The notes beneath the pieces are model-generated. The model ran no database searches. It saw only the letters and a list, made by a program, of their open reading frames with translations, and was not told where the DNA came from. From Elusimicrobiota bacterium (GTDB lineage: Bacteria; Elusimicrobiota; Elusimicrobia; UBA1565): 25,113 nt of DNA. Both the position numbers and the translations under genes were made by a program. The stretch's first letter is position 1; each line of letters starts with the position of its first letter. Below are positions 7,632-16,079 of the stretch, one piece after another. Location: NCBI GenBank assembly GCA_043819795.1, contig JBDREN010000223.1, positions 1-25,113 on the forward strand, written 5' to 3'.

Positions 7632-8669
7632 ATGCTGCAGGAGCGTAAATTCAAGCACCTGAAGATCTGCGCCGAGATGGACGTGGAGTTCAGGGACACG
7701 ACCACCTTGCTCGAGGACGTTCATCTCGTGCACGAGGCTCTCGCGGAAATCTCGTTCGACGAGATCGACACGCGGACGAGCTTCATGGGTAAGCCCCTGC
7801 GGGCGCCCCTGATGATAAGCGCCATGTCCGGCGGGGTGAAGGAGGCCGCGGCCCTGAACAGGGACCTCGCCAAGGCGGCCCAGGAACTCGGCATCGCGTT
7901 CTGCCTGGGAAGCCAGCGCCCCATGCTCGAGGACCGCAAGCAGGCGCGGTCCTATCAGGTCCGCCGTTACGCCCCCGACGCGCTGATCCTCGGCAATCTG
8001 GGCGTCCAGCAGGCGGCGGCTACCGAGCCGGAGCGGATCGTGGAGCTCGCCGAGGACGTCCGGGCGGACGGTATGGCGATCCATCTCAATCCCGCCATGG
8101 AGCTCAGCCAGCGAGAGGGCGACCGGCGCTTCCCCGACGGTTACCGGACCCTGAAGGCCTTGACCAAGCGCATGCCCGGCAGGATTATGGTGAAGGAGAC
8201 GGGCTGCGGCATCTCGCGGACCGTGGCCGCCAAGCTGAAGAAGGCGGGGGTCAAGACGCTGGACGTGGCGGGGGCGGGAGGGACGTCGTGGCCCCGGGTC
8301 GAGCATCTGAGAAGCGGCATGAAGCCCTCCGAAAGGCCGTGGATGGACGAATGGGGCATCCCCACGGCCGCCTCTCTCCTCGACGTTTCGGGCATGGGTT
8401 TCCAGCTCGCAGGGTCGGGCGGGATACGGACGGGGCTGGACGCGGCCAAATGCCTCGTTCTGGGCGCAGATGTCGCCGGCGCGGCCCTCCCGGTCCTCCG
8501 GGCCTACCGGAGCGGCGGCTACAAAGGCGCGCTCGCCTATCTCCGGAATCTCATCAAAGAGCTTAAGTCCGTGATGCTTCTGGTCGGGGCCAAAGACATC
8601 CGTTCTTTGAAGAAGCATAAACCGATGATCACAGGAAGACTCAGAGAATGGCAAACGCGCAGAAAGTGA
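7632..8669 (+). CDS. fni: Type 2 isopentenyl-diphosphate Delta-isomerase (FMN-dependent)
   Basis: RKxxH, SAMSGG, GSQR, NLG, HLNP, VKETGCGIS, DVAGAGGTSW, WGIPT, SGGIRTGLD. Confidence 0.95.
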   Translation: MLQERKFKHLKICAEMDVEFRDTTTLLEDVHLVHEALAEISFDEIDTRTSFMGKPLRAPLMISAMSGGVKEAAALNRDLAKAAQELGIAFCLGSQRPMLEDRKQARSYQVRRYAPDALILGNLGVQQAAATEPERIVELAEDVRADGMAIHLNPAMELSQREGDRRFPDGYRTLKALTKRMPGRIMVKETGCGISRTVAAKLKKAGVKTLDVAGAGGTSWPRVEHLRSGMKPSERPWMDEWGIPTAASLLDVSGMGFQLAGSGGIRTGLDAAKCLVLGADVAGAALPVLRAYRSGGYKGALAYLRNLIKELKSVMLLVGAKDIRSLKKHKPMITGRLREWQTRRK

Positions 8670-9985
8670 TGGAGGAAGCGCCGGAGAAGCAGAGGACCTC
8701 CCGCTTCCCCGGGTTCTACAAGTTGGACGTCTGGGAGCGCCTCGACAAGCTCGACGAGTGGCTCCGCCTTTCGACCAAGGAGAAGTGGATCCTCAAGAAC
8801 GAGACGCTCACGGCCGAAAAGGCCGATACGCTGATTGAGAACGTCATCGGCGTATTCGGGCTGCCCCTGGGGCTCGCGGTCAATTTCAGGATAGACGACA
8901 AGGACTACATCGTGCCCATGGCCGTGGAGGAGACCTCCATCGTCGCCGCGGTCAGCTACGCCGCGAAGCTCATCCGGGACCACGGCAAGATATCCTCCAC
9001 CTCCTCCGCCCCCATCATGGAGGGGCAGATACAGCTGGTCAACGTCAAGAACCCCGACGAGGCCGTCAGGCAGCTCAAGAAGGCCAAGCAGAGGCTCCTG
9101 CGCCTGGCGAACAAGCAGGACCGGATGCTGGCGAAGCTGGGCGGAGGGGCGAAGGATCTCTACGTCCGCAAGCTCAAGACCAAGAGCGGCCCCATGCTCA
9201 TCGTCCATTTGTCGGTGGACGTGGTGGACGCGATGGGGGCCAACGCCGTGAACACGATGGTCGAGACCCTGGGCCCCATCGTCGCCGAGATATCGGGAGG
9301 GGAGCTTCTCTGCCAGATCATCACCAACCTCTGCGACAAGTCCCTCGTGACGGCGCGCTTCGAGGTGCCGGTGGATTGCCTGGCGAAGAGCGGCTTCTCC
9401 GGCAAGGATGTCGCCGAGCGGATCGTCAAGGCGTATCATTTCGCGGACGCGGATCCCTACCGGGCGACGACCCATAACAAGGGCGTCATGAACGGCATCG
9501 ACGGCATCCTCATCGCCACGGGCAACGACTGGAGGGCCGTTGAGGCGGCCTGCCACGCGTTCGCCGCGAGGGACGGCCAGTATCGCCCTTTGACCGAGTA
9601 CAGGATCAGCGGCGACAAGCTGATCGGCAAGATCACGCTGCCCCTCGCCGTCGGCACGATCGGCGGGGTCACGAAGCTGCATCCGGGCGTCGAGATACTC
9701 CTCAAGCTGATGGGGATCACCTCGAGGCGGGAGCTGGCCGAGGTCATGGCGGCCTCGGGTCTCCTTCAGAACCTGGCGGCGGTGCGCGCCCTGGTCACCG
9801 AAGGGATCCAGCAGGGGCACATGAGCCTCCACGCCAGGAACGTGGCCTACTCGGCCGGCGCGTGGGGCAACATGGCGATCGAGGTCGCGGACCAGATGGT
9901 GCAGGAAGGGCGGATCCGCTTCGACCGGGCGAGGGAGATCGTCAAGAAGATGCTCGCCCAGCGCCAGAACGGCAAGAAGGGCTAA
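8648..9985 (+). CDS. mvaA: HMG-CoA reductase, class II
   Basis: SRFPGFYK, IENVIG, PMAVEETSIVAA, DAMGAN, RATTHNKGVMNGIDG, TGNDWRAVEA, EGIQQGHMSLHARN. Alternative start ATG 8669 overlaps the fni stop (TGATG). Confidence 0.95.
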   Translation: MANAQKVMEEAPEKQRTSRFPGFYKLDVWERLDKLDEWLRLSTKEKWILKNETLTAEKADTLIENVIGVFGLPLGLAVNFRIDDKDYIVPMAVEETSIVAAVSYAAKLIRDHGKISSTSSAPIMEGQIQLVNVKNPDEAVRQLKKAKQRLLRLANKQDRMLAKLGGGAKDLYVRKLKTKSGPMLIVHLSVDVVDAMGANAVNTMVETLGPIVAEISGGELLCQIITNLCDKSLVTARFEVPVDCLAKSGFSGKDVAERIVKAYHFADADPYRATTHNKGVMNGIDGILIATGNDWRAVEAACHAFAARDGQYRPLTEYRISGDKLIGKITLPLAVGTIGGVTKLHPGVEILLKLMGITSRRELAEVMAASGLLQNLAAVRALVTEGIQQGHMSLHARNVAYSAGAWGNMAIEVADQMVQEGRIRFDRAREIVKKMLAQRQNGKKG

Positions 9986-10045
9986 CGACCTTCCCGGCTC
10001 GCCGGCGGCGCATCGCCCGCGGCCGTCTTTGATACCGGTGGCCGC

Positions 10046-11014
10046 ATGAGAGCAGCGACGGGAAGAGCCCCCTCGAAACTTATCCTCCTCGGAGAACACG
10101 CGGTGGTCTACGGCCACCCGGCCGTCGCCGTCCCCCTCCAAAAGCCCGGCGCCGAGGCCTCGGTCGTCGCGACGGAGGGCGACGCTCCCGTGGCCGTGGA
10201 GCTCAAGGATTTCGACATCCGGTGGTCCCGCGGGGAGGACATCCCGGCGGACGAGGTGCGGCCCTTCGCGGAGCTCGTCGGCTCGGTGAGCCGCCGCTAC
10301 GAGAGCATCCCCGAGAACGGCTGGAGCCTTTCGGTCAGCTCCGAGATCCCCATCGGCTGCGGGCTCGGCAGCGGCGCGGCCGTCTCGGTCGCGGCCTTCC
10401 GAGCCGTGTTCCGGTGCTTCGGCGTGCCCCACACCCCGCGGGAGCTTTCCGACAGCGCGTATGAGATCGAGAAGATACACCACGGCACGCCCAGCGGTAT
10501 CGACAATACCGTCATCGCCACGGGAAGACCGGTGCTTTTCAGGAAGGGCGCGGCACCGGATTTCTTGAACGCGCCCGAGGCCCCCGTCTTCCTGGTCGTG
10601 GGATACACCGGGGTACGGCATAAGACGGTCGAGATCGTGTCGGACGTCGCCAAGGCCCGCGCGGCCGACAGAGCCGCCTACGACGCGATGTTCCGCGAGA
10701 TCGGGGACATCGCCCGGCGGGGCGCGGAGGCCTTCGAGAACGGGGCGTTCGAGGAGCTGGGCGGGCTCATGGGCGCCAACCAGCGGCTTCTCGAGAGGAT
10801 CGGCGTTTCGTCGCCGGAGCTGGACGGACTGGTCCGCGCGGCCCAAAAGGCGGGGGCTCTCGGGGCCAAGCTGAGCGGCGCCGGAAGAGGAGGCTGCATG
10901 GCGGCGCTGGCCGCCGACCGCGCCTCCGCGGAGAGGCTCAAGGGAGCGCTCGAATCGGCGGGAGCGGCCGCCGCCGTGGTCGCCACCGTTCTCGAAAGGG
11001 GGAAGGGATCATGA
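10046..11014 (+). CDS. mvk: Mevalonate kinase (GHMP family)
   Basis: APSKLILLGEHAVVYG, PIGCGLGSGAA, EKIHHGTPSGIDN, GAKLSGAGRGGC. Confidence 0.95.
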   Translation: MRAATGRAPSKLILLGEHAVVYGHPAVAVPLQKPGAEASVVATEGDAPVAVELKDFDIRWSRGEDIPADEVRPFAELVGSVSRRYESIPENGWSLSVSSEIPIGCGLGSGAAVSVAAFRAVFRCFGVPHTPRELSDSAYEIEKIHHGTPSGIDNTVIATGRPVLFRKGAAPDFLNAPEAPVFLVVGYTGVRHKTVEIVSDVAKARAADRAAYDAMFREIGDIARRGAEAFENGAFEELGGLMGANQRLLERIGVSSPELDGLVRAAQKAGALGAKLSGAGRGGCMAALAADRASAERLKGALESAGAAAAVVATVLERGKGS

Positions 11015-11565
11015 GGGCGATCGTCGGGATAACCGGGGCCTCGGGGGTCGTCATCGGGATCAGGCTGGCGGAGGAGCTCCTCGCCCGCGGCAACGAGGTC
11101 CACGCCGTCGTCACCTCCCCGGGTCGGGACGTCATCAAGCACGAGGTGGGCAAGGGCTTCAAGTTCCCGGCGAAGGTCCGCGTCCACGAGAACGACGATC
11201 CGCGCTCGCCGCTTAACAGCAGCTCGTTTTTGGCCGACGCGATGGTGGTGGCGCCCTGCTCTATGAAGTCCTTGGCCGGCATCGCCGCGGGCTACGCCGA
11301 CGATCTCCTGGTGCGGGCGGCGGACGGCATGCTCAGGACGGGGAAGAGGCTCATCCTCGTCCCGCGGGAGACCCCCCTGTCGCTCTCGGCCCTGGAGAAC
11401 ATGGCGGCATTGCGAAAGGACGGCGCGATCATCATGCCCCCGGCCGCGGCGTACTACCATCGCCCCAAGACGGCGGACGACATGACGAATTTCTTCGTGG
11501 GAAAGATCCTGGACCTGCTCGGCGTCGAGAACAGCCTGTACCGGCGGTGGGGCGATGTGCGCTAA
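11011..11565 (+). CDS. ubiX: Flavin prenyltransferase (prFMN synthase)
   Basis: VGITGASG, APCSMKSLAGIAAG, RAAD, LVPRETP, YYHRP; ATGA overlap with mvk. Confidence 0.95.
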   Translation: MRAIVGITGASGVVIGIRLAEELLARGNEVHAVVTSPGRDVIKHEVGKGFKFPAKVRVHENDDPRSPLNSSSFLADAMVVAPCSMKSLAGIAAGYADDLLVRAADGMLRTGKRLILVPRETPLSLSALENMAALRKDGAIIMPPAAAYYHRPKTADDMTNFFVGKILDLLGVENSLYRRWGDVR

Positions 11566-11568
11566 AGC

Positions 11569-11606
11569 GGTTCGCGCGGAAAATCCTCGGATTTTCCGCG
11601 CGAACC
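11569..11606. repeat. Long perfect inverted repeat between ubiX and the UbiD-family gene
   Basis: GGTTCGCGCGGAAAATCC-TC-GGATTTTCCGCGCGAACC, 18-bp arms, no U-tract. Confidence 0.85.
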
Positions 11607-11622
11607 AAGACCGTCTCCAGAT

Positions 11623-12912
11623 ATGATGGATATCCGATCGATCATCAAGAAGGACTCGGCCTCGGGGAAGCTCCGGGTCGTGAAGAAGAGGGTGAAGCCC
11701 GTCCTCGAGGCGGCCAGGCTGATCAACGACGCGGAGCCCGCCCCGGTCCTGCTCGAGAACGTGCGGGGAAGCAGAGTGCTGGCGAACGTCTTCCCCACCC
11801 GGGACGATTTGGCCCGGCGACTGGGAGTGGCTCCAAAGCGTTTCCTGGCCGAGCTTTCGGCGATCGTCGACGGTCCCGCCAGGCGCGGGCGCAGGGGGAT
11901 CGTCCGCAAGGAGGGATGCTACGGGAGCGTCGAGGTGCCCCGCTCGGAGATCTCCCGGCTGCCTTTCCTCACCTATTACCGCGGCGACGGAGGCCCCTAC
12001 CTCACCGCGGGCGTCTGGATCGTCCGCGATCCGCGACATGGGGTGAACCTCTCCTATCACAGGCTGATGATGACCGGGCCGCGCGAGGGCACCGTGCGCG
12101 TCGTGGAAAGGCGGGGGACCGACACGGCGCTCAAGAACAGCGGGGGGAGCCTCGAGGCCGCCATATGCGTCGGGGCTCCGGTGAACGTCCTGTTCGCGGC
12201 GGCCCTCTCGCCCGCTTCCGGCGTCAACGAGCTCGACATCGCGGCCAGGTTCGCGCAAGTGGAGCTCGTCCGCTGCAAGAGCGTGGATCTGGAGGTCCCC
12301 GCGTCCTGCGAGATGGTGATCGAGGGGAGGTTCACCGGGGAGACTGGCCCGGAGGGGCCCTTCGTGGACATCACCGGGACGATGGACATCGTCCGGCGAC
12401 AGCCGGTCTTCGAGATCACCCGCGTCGCCTGCGGGAAGGACCCCGTCCATTACACGATCGTGCCGGGCAAGATGGACCACAAGACGCTGATGGGCGTCCC
12501 GAAGGAGCTCGACATCTTTAGGGAAGCGGGCAAGGTGTGCCGATGCCTCGACGTGCGCATCACGCCGGGAGGCTCCTCCTGGCTGCACGCGGTCGTCAAG
12601 ATCGCCAAGCGGTCCGATAGGGACGGCCGCGAGGCGCTGAAGGCCGCGTTCCGGGCACATCGCTCGCTCAAGCACTGCGTGGTCGTAGACGAGGATGTGG
12701 ACATCGCCGATCCCGTCGAGGTCGAATGGGCGCTCGCCACGCGGTTCCAGGCGGACAGGGACATGATGGTCTTGACCGAACAGCCCGGGAGTTCCCTCGA
12801 CCCTTCGGCGTGCCATGTGGAAGGCAAGGGGAGCCAGGGAACGAAGCTGGGGCTCGACGCCACGATCCGGACCGGCGCCGACAGGTCGCTTTTCAGGAAG
12901 GTCCCCGGGTGA
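11623..12912 (+). CDS. UbiD-family prFMN-dependent decarboxylase, probable anhydromevalonate phosphate decarboxylase
   Basis: DGGPYLTAG, NLSYHRLM, EMVIEG, EGPFVDITGT, VVVDEDVD, VEWALATRFQ, GSSLDPS, TKLGLDAT. The specific function is inferred from operon context. Confidence 0.9.
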   Translation: MMDIRSIIKKDSASGKLRVVKKRVKPVLEAARLINDAEPAPVLLENVRGSRVLANVFPTRDDLARRLGVAPKRFLAELSAIVDGPARRGRRGIVRKEGCYGSVEVPRSEISRLPFLTYYRGDGGPYLTAGVWIVRDPRHGVNLSYHRLMMTGPREGTVRVVERRGTDTALKNSGGSLEAAICVGAPVNVLFAAALSPASGVNELDIAARFAQVELVRCKSVDLEVPASCEMVIEGRFTGETGPEGPFVDITGTMDIVRRQPVFEITRVACGKDPVHYTIVPGKMDHKTLMGVPKELDIFREAGKVCRCLDVRITPGGSSWLHAVVKIAKRSDRDGREALKAAFRAHRSLKHCVVVDEDVDIADPVEVEWALATRFQADRDMMVLTEQPGSSLDPSACHVEGKGSQGTKLGLDATIRTGADRSLFRKVPG

Positions 12913-12913
12913 G

Positions 12914-14152
12914 ATGAGGCTGTCTCCGGAGGAAGACGCGATCCTCGGCGGAAAGCTGGGGGGCGGGGCCGCGAAGGCCATGGAGATCCTCGCCGCCTTG
13001 CGCGAAATCAACGGCGCCCCCGATATGGTGGAGATCGGGTCCGTCCAGGTCTCCGGGGTCAGCTACAAGAACATCGGCGAGCACGGGCTCGCGTTCCTCG
13101 AGGAGTGGGCCGCGCAGGGCTCGAAAGCCGTCGTGCCGGCCTACATGAACCCCGGAGGCTCCGACAGGAAGCTCTGGAAAAGTCTCGGGTTCCCCGCCGA
13201 TTTCGTCGAGAAGCAGGAGAGGGTGATCTCCGCTTTGGAGCGGCTCGGGATCCAGCCGACGCTGACCTGCACTCCCTATCATGCCGGCCTGACCCCCGGG
13301 TTCGGGGAGCACGTGGCCTGGGCGGAGTCCTCCGCGGTCTGCTTCGCGAACTCGGTGCTGGGAGCGAGGACCAACCGGGAGGGAGGGCCCTCCGCGATCG
13401 CCGCGGCCCTTACGGGCAGGACCCCCAGACACACGCTGCACTTAGACGAGGGCAGGCTGCCCACCAGGATCGTCAAGGTCGAGTGTCCGGTGGAGGCCGG
13501 CGCGGACGCGGGCGCTTTGGGATACATGATCGGCCGCATCCTCGCCGCCGACAAGAAGGGCGGCGTGCCCTATATCACGGGCGCCAGACCGCCGGAAGGC
13601 CCGGCCCGGCTGAGCTGGCTCAAAGCGCTCGGCGCGGCCATGGCGGCGTCCGGCTCGGTGGGACTCTATCATCTCGACGGGGTCACGCCCGAGGCCGTTC
13701 AGGAGGGCGCCGCGCTGGCCTCGGCGGCGGGAAGCGAGACCGTTATCGACAGCATCGAGGAAGGGCGCAAGGCGCTTGGGTCAGGGCACGGCGGGATCGA
13801 CATGGTGGCGCTAGGGTGTCCGCACGCGTCCTCCGAGGACCTGGCGCGCATCGCGCGCATGCTCGGGGGCCGCAAAACGAAGGTGCCGCTCTGGGTCTTC
13901 GCGTCGGATGAGGTCCGGCGGAGGGCCGAGCGGGACGGCACGGCCGCGGCGCTCAAGGGGTCGGGCGCGGCCTTGGTGGCCGACACCTGCATGGTGGTGG
14001 CTCCCCTCAAGGAAATGGGAATACGGAGCGTGGCCACGGACTCCGGGAAGGCCGCGTTCTACCTCCCCTCCCACCAGGGGGTCGGGGTCTATTTCGGGAC
14101 CACGGAAGAGAACGTCGAGGCCGCGGTGAGAGGCGCTTGGAGCGCCGCATAG
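12914..14152 (+). CDS. Aconitase X large subunit, probable phosphomevalonate dehydratase large subunit
   Basis: QVSGVSYKNIG, TLTCTPY, AWAESSAVCFANSVLGARTNREGGPSA, ALGAAMAASG, LGCPHAS, DTCMVVAP (three candidate Fe-S Cys). Start set at ATG 12914. Confidence 0.92.
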   Translation: MRLSPEEDAILGGKLGGGAAKAMEILAALREINGAPDMVEIGSVQVSGVSYKNIGEHGLAFLEEWAAQGSKAVVPAYMNPGGSDRKLWKSLGFPADFVEKQERVISALERLGIQPTLTCTPYHAGLTPGFGEHVAWAESSAVCFANSVLGARTNREGGPSAIAAALTGRTPRHTLHLDEGRLPTRIVKVECPVEAGADAGALGYMIGRILAADKKGGVPYITGARPPEGPARLSWLKALGAAMAASGSVGLYHLDGVTPEAVQEGAALASAAGSETVIDSIEEGRKALGSGHGGIDMVALGCPHASSEDLARIARMLGGRKTKVPLWVFASDEVRRRAERDGTAAALKGSGAALVADTCMVVAPLKEMGIRSVATDSGKAAFYLPSHQGVGVYFGTTEENVEAAVRGAWSAA

Positions 14153-14153
14153 G

Positions 14154-14552
14154 ATGGGTAAAGCGCGGATCCAAGGCAGGACCATATTTCGAGGAACGGC
14201 CTCGGGCCCGGTGCTGAGGTCCGACGAGCCCGTCGGGTTCTTCGGACACTTGGACCCCGAGACCGGCGTATACCGGGAGGCCGGGCATCCCCTGGACGGC
14301 AAGTCCGTGAAAGGCAGCATCCTCGCGTTCCCGCGCGCCAAGGGCAGCACCGTGGGGTCCTACGTCATCTACGCCCTCAAGAAGACCGGCCGAGCCCCGG
14401 CGGCCCTGGTCATCGGGGAATGCGACACCATCGTGGCCGTGGGCGCGATCATCGCCGAGGTCCCGGCCGTGGACGGGATCGACATATCGAGGCTGAAGGA
14501 CGGAGCGGCGGCGCGGGTGGCGGACGGGGAGGTCATCGTTGAAGAAAGCTAA
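14154..14552 (+). CDS. Aconitase X swivel (DUF126) subunit, probable phosphomevalonate dehydratase small subunit
   Basis: FFGHLDPETG, GHPLDGKSVKGSILAFPRAKGSTVGSYV, APAA, IVAVGAIIAEVP. Confidence 0.92.
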   Translation: MGKARIQGRTIFRGTASGPVLRSDEPVGFFGHLDPETGVYREAGHPLDGKSVKGSILAFPRAKGSTVGSYVIYALKKTGRAPAALVIGECDTIVAVGAIIAEVPAVDGIDISRLKDGAAARVADGEVIVEES

Positions 14553-15348
14553 CGTCTTCGTGAAGCTGGGCGGATCGTTCATCACGGACAAGGCGGTGGC
14601 CTACAGGATGCTCGGCTCGCGCATCGTGTCGGCGGCCCGCATGATCCGCAAGGCCCTGGACCGCGCGGCCAAGCGGAAGGGCGGGCTCTCCCTCGTGCTC
14701 GGGCACGGGGCCGGCTCCTTCGGGCATGTCGAGGGCGTGAAGTACGGCGCCGTGAAGGGGGTCCATCCCGACTACGGATGGGAAGGGATGGTCAGGATCC
14801 GCCAGACCATGGCTAAGATGAATTCCCTCTTCCTGCGGCATTGCGGCGAGGGGGGGCTTTCCCCCGTGACCGTCTCGCCGTTCGCCGTGGCCACGGCGAA
14901 GGGGGGCGCCGTCACCCGCATCGACGTCAAGAACATCTCGGAGCTTTTGAGGATGGGGCAGATCCCCTTGGTCCACGGGGACATCGTTCCGGATACGAAG
15001 CGGGGCTTCACCATAGCCTCCACCGAGGACCTCCTGGCGGCCCTGAGCCGGCATCTGCGCTTCGACAGGGTCGTGATGGTGTCCAACACCGGCGGCGTGC
15101 TGGACGCGAAGGGCTCCGTCATCAAGCTCATCAACCGCCGCAACATGGACCGGATCGCCGGCCTTCTGGGCGGATCGGATTCGCCCGACGTCACGGGCGG
15201 CATGCGGCGGAAAGTGGAGAGGCTGTTCGCGCTCGTCGTCTCCGGCCGCGCCGGCGAGGCCCGCATCATCGGCTGCGTCCGGAAACCGGAAGACCTTTGC
15301 CGGGCGATCCTCGGAACGGGCGGCGGCGGGACGCTTATCAAGCCGTAA
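14539..15348 (+). CDS. ipk: Isopentenyl phosphate kinase (amino-acid kinase superfamily)
   Basis: VKLGGSFITDK, GHGAGSFGH (IPK signature His), PLVHGD, DVTGGMRRK; GGAGG before a TTG start that overlaps the upstream gene. Confidence 0.92.
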   Translation: MKKANVFVKLGGSFITDKAVAYRMLGSRIVSAARMIRKALDRAAKRKGGLSLVLGHGAGSFGHVEGVKYGAVKGVHPDYGWEGMVRIRQTMAKMNSLFLRHCGEGGLSPVTVSPFAVATAKGGAVTRIDVKNISELLRMGQIPLVHGDIVPDTKRGFTIASTEDLLAALSRHLRFDRVVMVSNTGGVLDAKGSVIKLINRRNMDRIAGLLGGSDSPDVTGGMRRKVERLFALVVSGRAGEARIIGCVRKPEDLCRAILGTGGGGTLIKP

Positions 15349-15402
15349 GGCGAGCGTTCGAGCCGCGCCGGCCTTCATCTATTAGGTGGTCATCCCGTAT
15401 CC

Positions 15403-15431
15403 TTGAAAAGTCCGGAGAGGCGGCCTACACT
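15403..15431 (+). promoter_or_regulatory. sigma70-type promoter
   Basis: TTGAAA-N17-TACACT, followed by a GGAGG RBS and ATG 15471. Confidence 0.6.
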
Positions 15432-15470
15432 ATCCCGATTCCGGGGACAACAGCTCAACGCGGAGGCGAC

Positions 15471-16055
15471 ATGAATATAAAATCCATCCTATATCTGGAC
15501 AAGCCCGGCAAGGCCGGATGCCCCGCGTGCCTGGCCGCCGCGGCCGCAAGGGCCGTCGAGCTCAAGCTCGAGCACGCGGTCGTGGCCAGCAGCAGCGGGC
15601 GGACGGCGCTGGACCTCGCCGCCGCGCTGAAGAAGGCGGGGAGCAAGGCCCGCGTCATCGCCGTAAGCTACGCGGCGAACTACGCGGCCAAATGGGTCCG
15701 GTTGGATCCGCGCATCAAGGCCCGGGCCGGGAAGCTCGGCGTGACGTTCATGACCGCCGGCCACGCCATGAGCGGCATCAATACGGCCATCCAAGAGGAG
15801 TTCGGCGGATGGACGCCCAATAAGATCGTCGCGGGCGCCTACTACACCATCGGCCACGGCTTTAAGGTCGCCTTGGAGGTGTCGGTGATGGCCGCGGACC
15901 AGGGCCTGGTCCCGACGAACAAGGAGATCCTGGCTCTGGGCGGGTCGGGCAAGGGCGCCGACACCGCGCTGGTCCTCACCCCGGCCTGCTCATCGGAGTT
16001 CTTCGGCCTGCACGTGCACGAGATCGCCTGCATGCCGCGCATAGCAAAGAGCTAG
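15471..16055 (+). CDS. Pyruvate kinase C-terminal-like alpha/beta domain protein (COG1751/MTH1675-like)
   Basis: YLDKPG...VVASSSGRTA...HAMSGI...GHGFKVALEVSVMAADQG...GGSGKGADTALVLTPA...EIACMP. Confidence 0.85.
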   Translation: MNIKSILYLDKPGKAGCPACLAAAAARAVELKLEHAVVASSSGRTALDLAAALKKAGSKARVIAVSYAANYAAKWVRLDPRIKARAGKLGVTFMTAGHAMSGINTAIQEEFGGWTPNKIVAGAYYTIGHGFKVALEVSVMAADQGLVPTNKEILALGGSGKGADTALVLTPACSSEFFGLHVHEIACMPRIAKS

Positions 16056-16079
16056 CCGCGCGCGAAGAGTATCCGCCGC

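Noticed and set aside
11011..12912. ubiX/ubiD read as ubiquinone biosynthesis or aromatic-acid decarboxylation
   Set aside because: No ubiA or aromatic catabolism genes nearby; the pair is embedded between mvk, acnX and ipk.
6600..13011. Long minus-strand ORFs (684, 769 and 777 aa) opposite the mevalonate genes
   Set aside because: Antisense shadows of high-GC coding genes; no recognisable motifs.
14841..15470. N-terminal extension of the 404-aa ORF, and similar extensions at 12815, 6685, 6116, 4638, 1559 and 17027
   Set aside because: They overlap neighbouring genes or promoters; family similarity and RBS positions support the shorter starts used.
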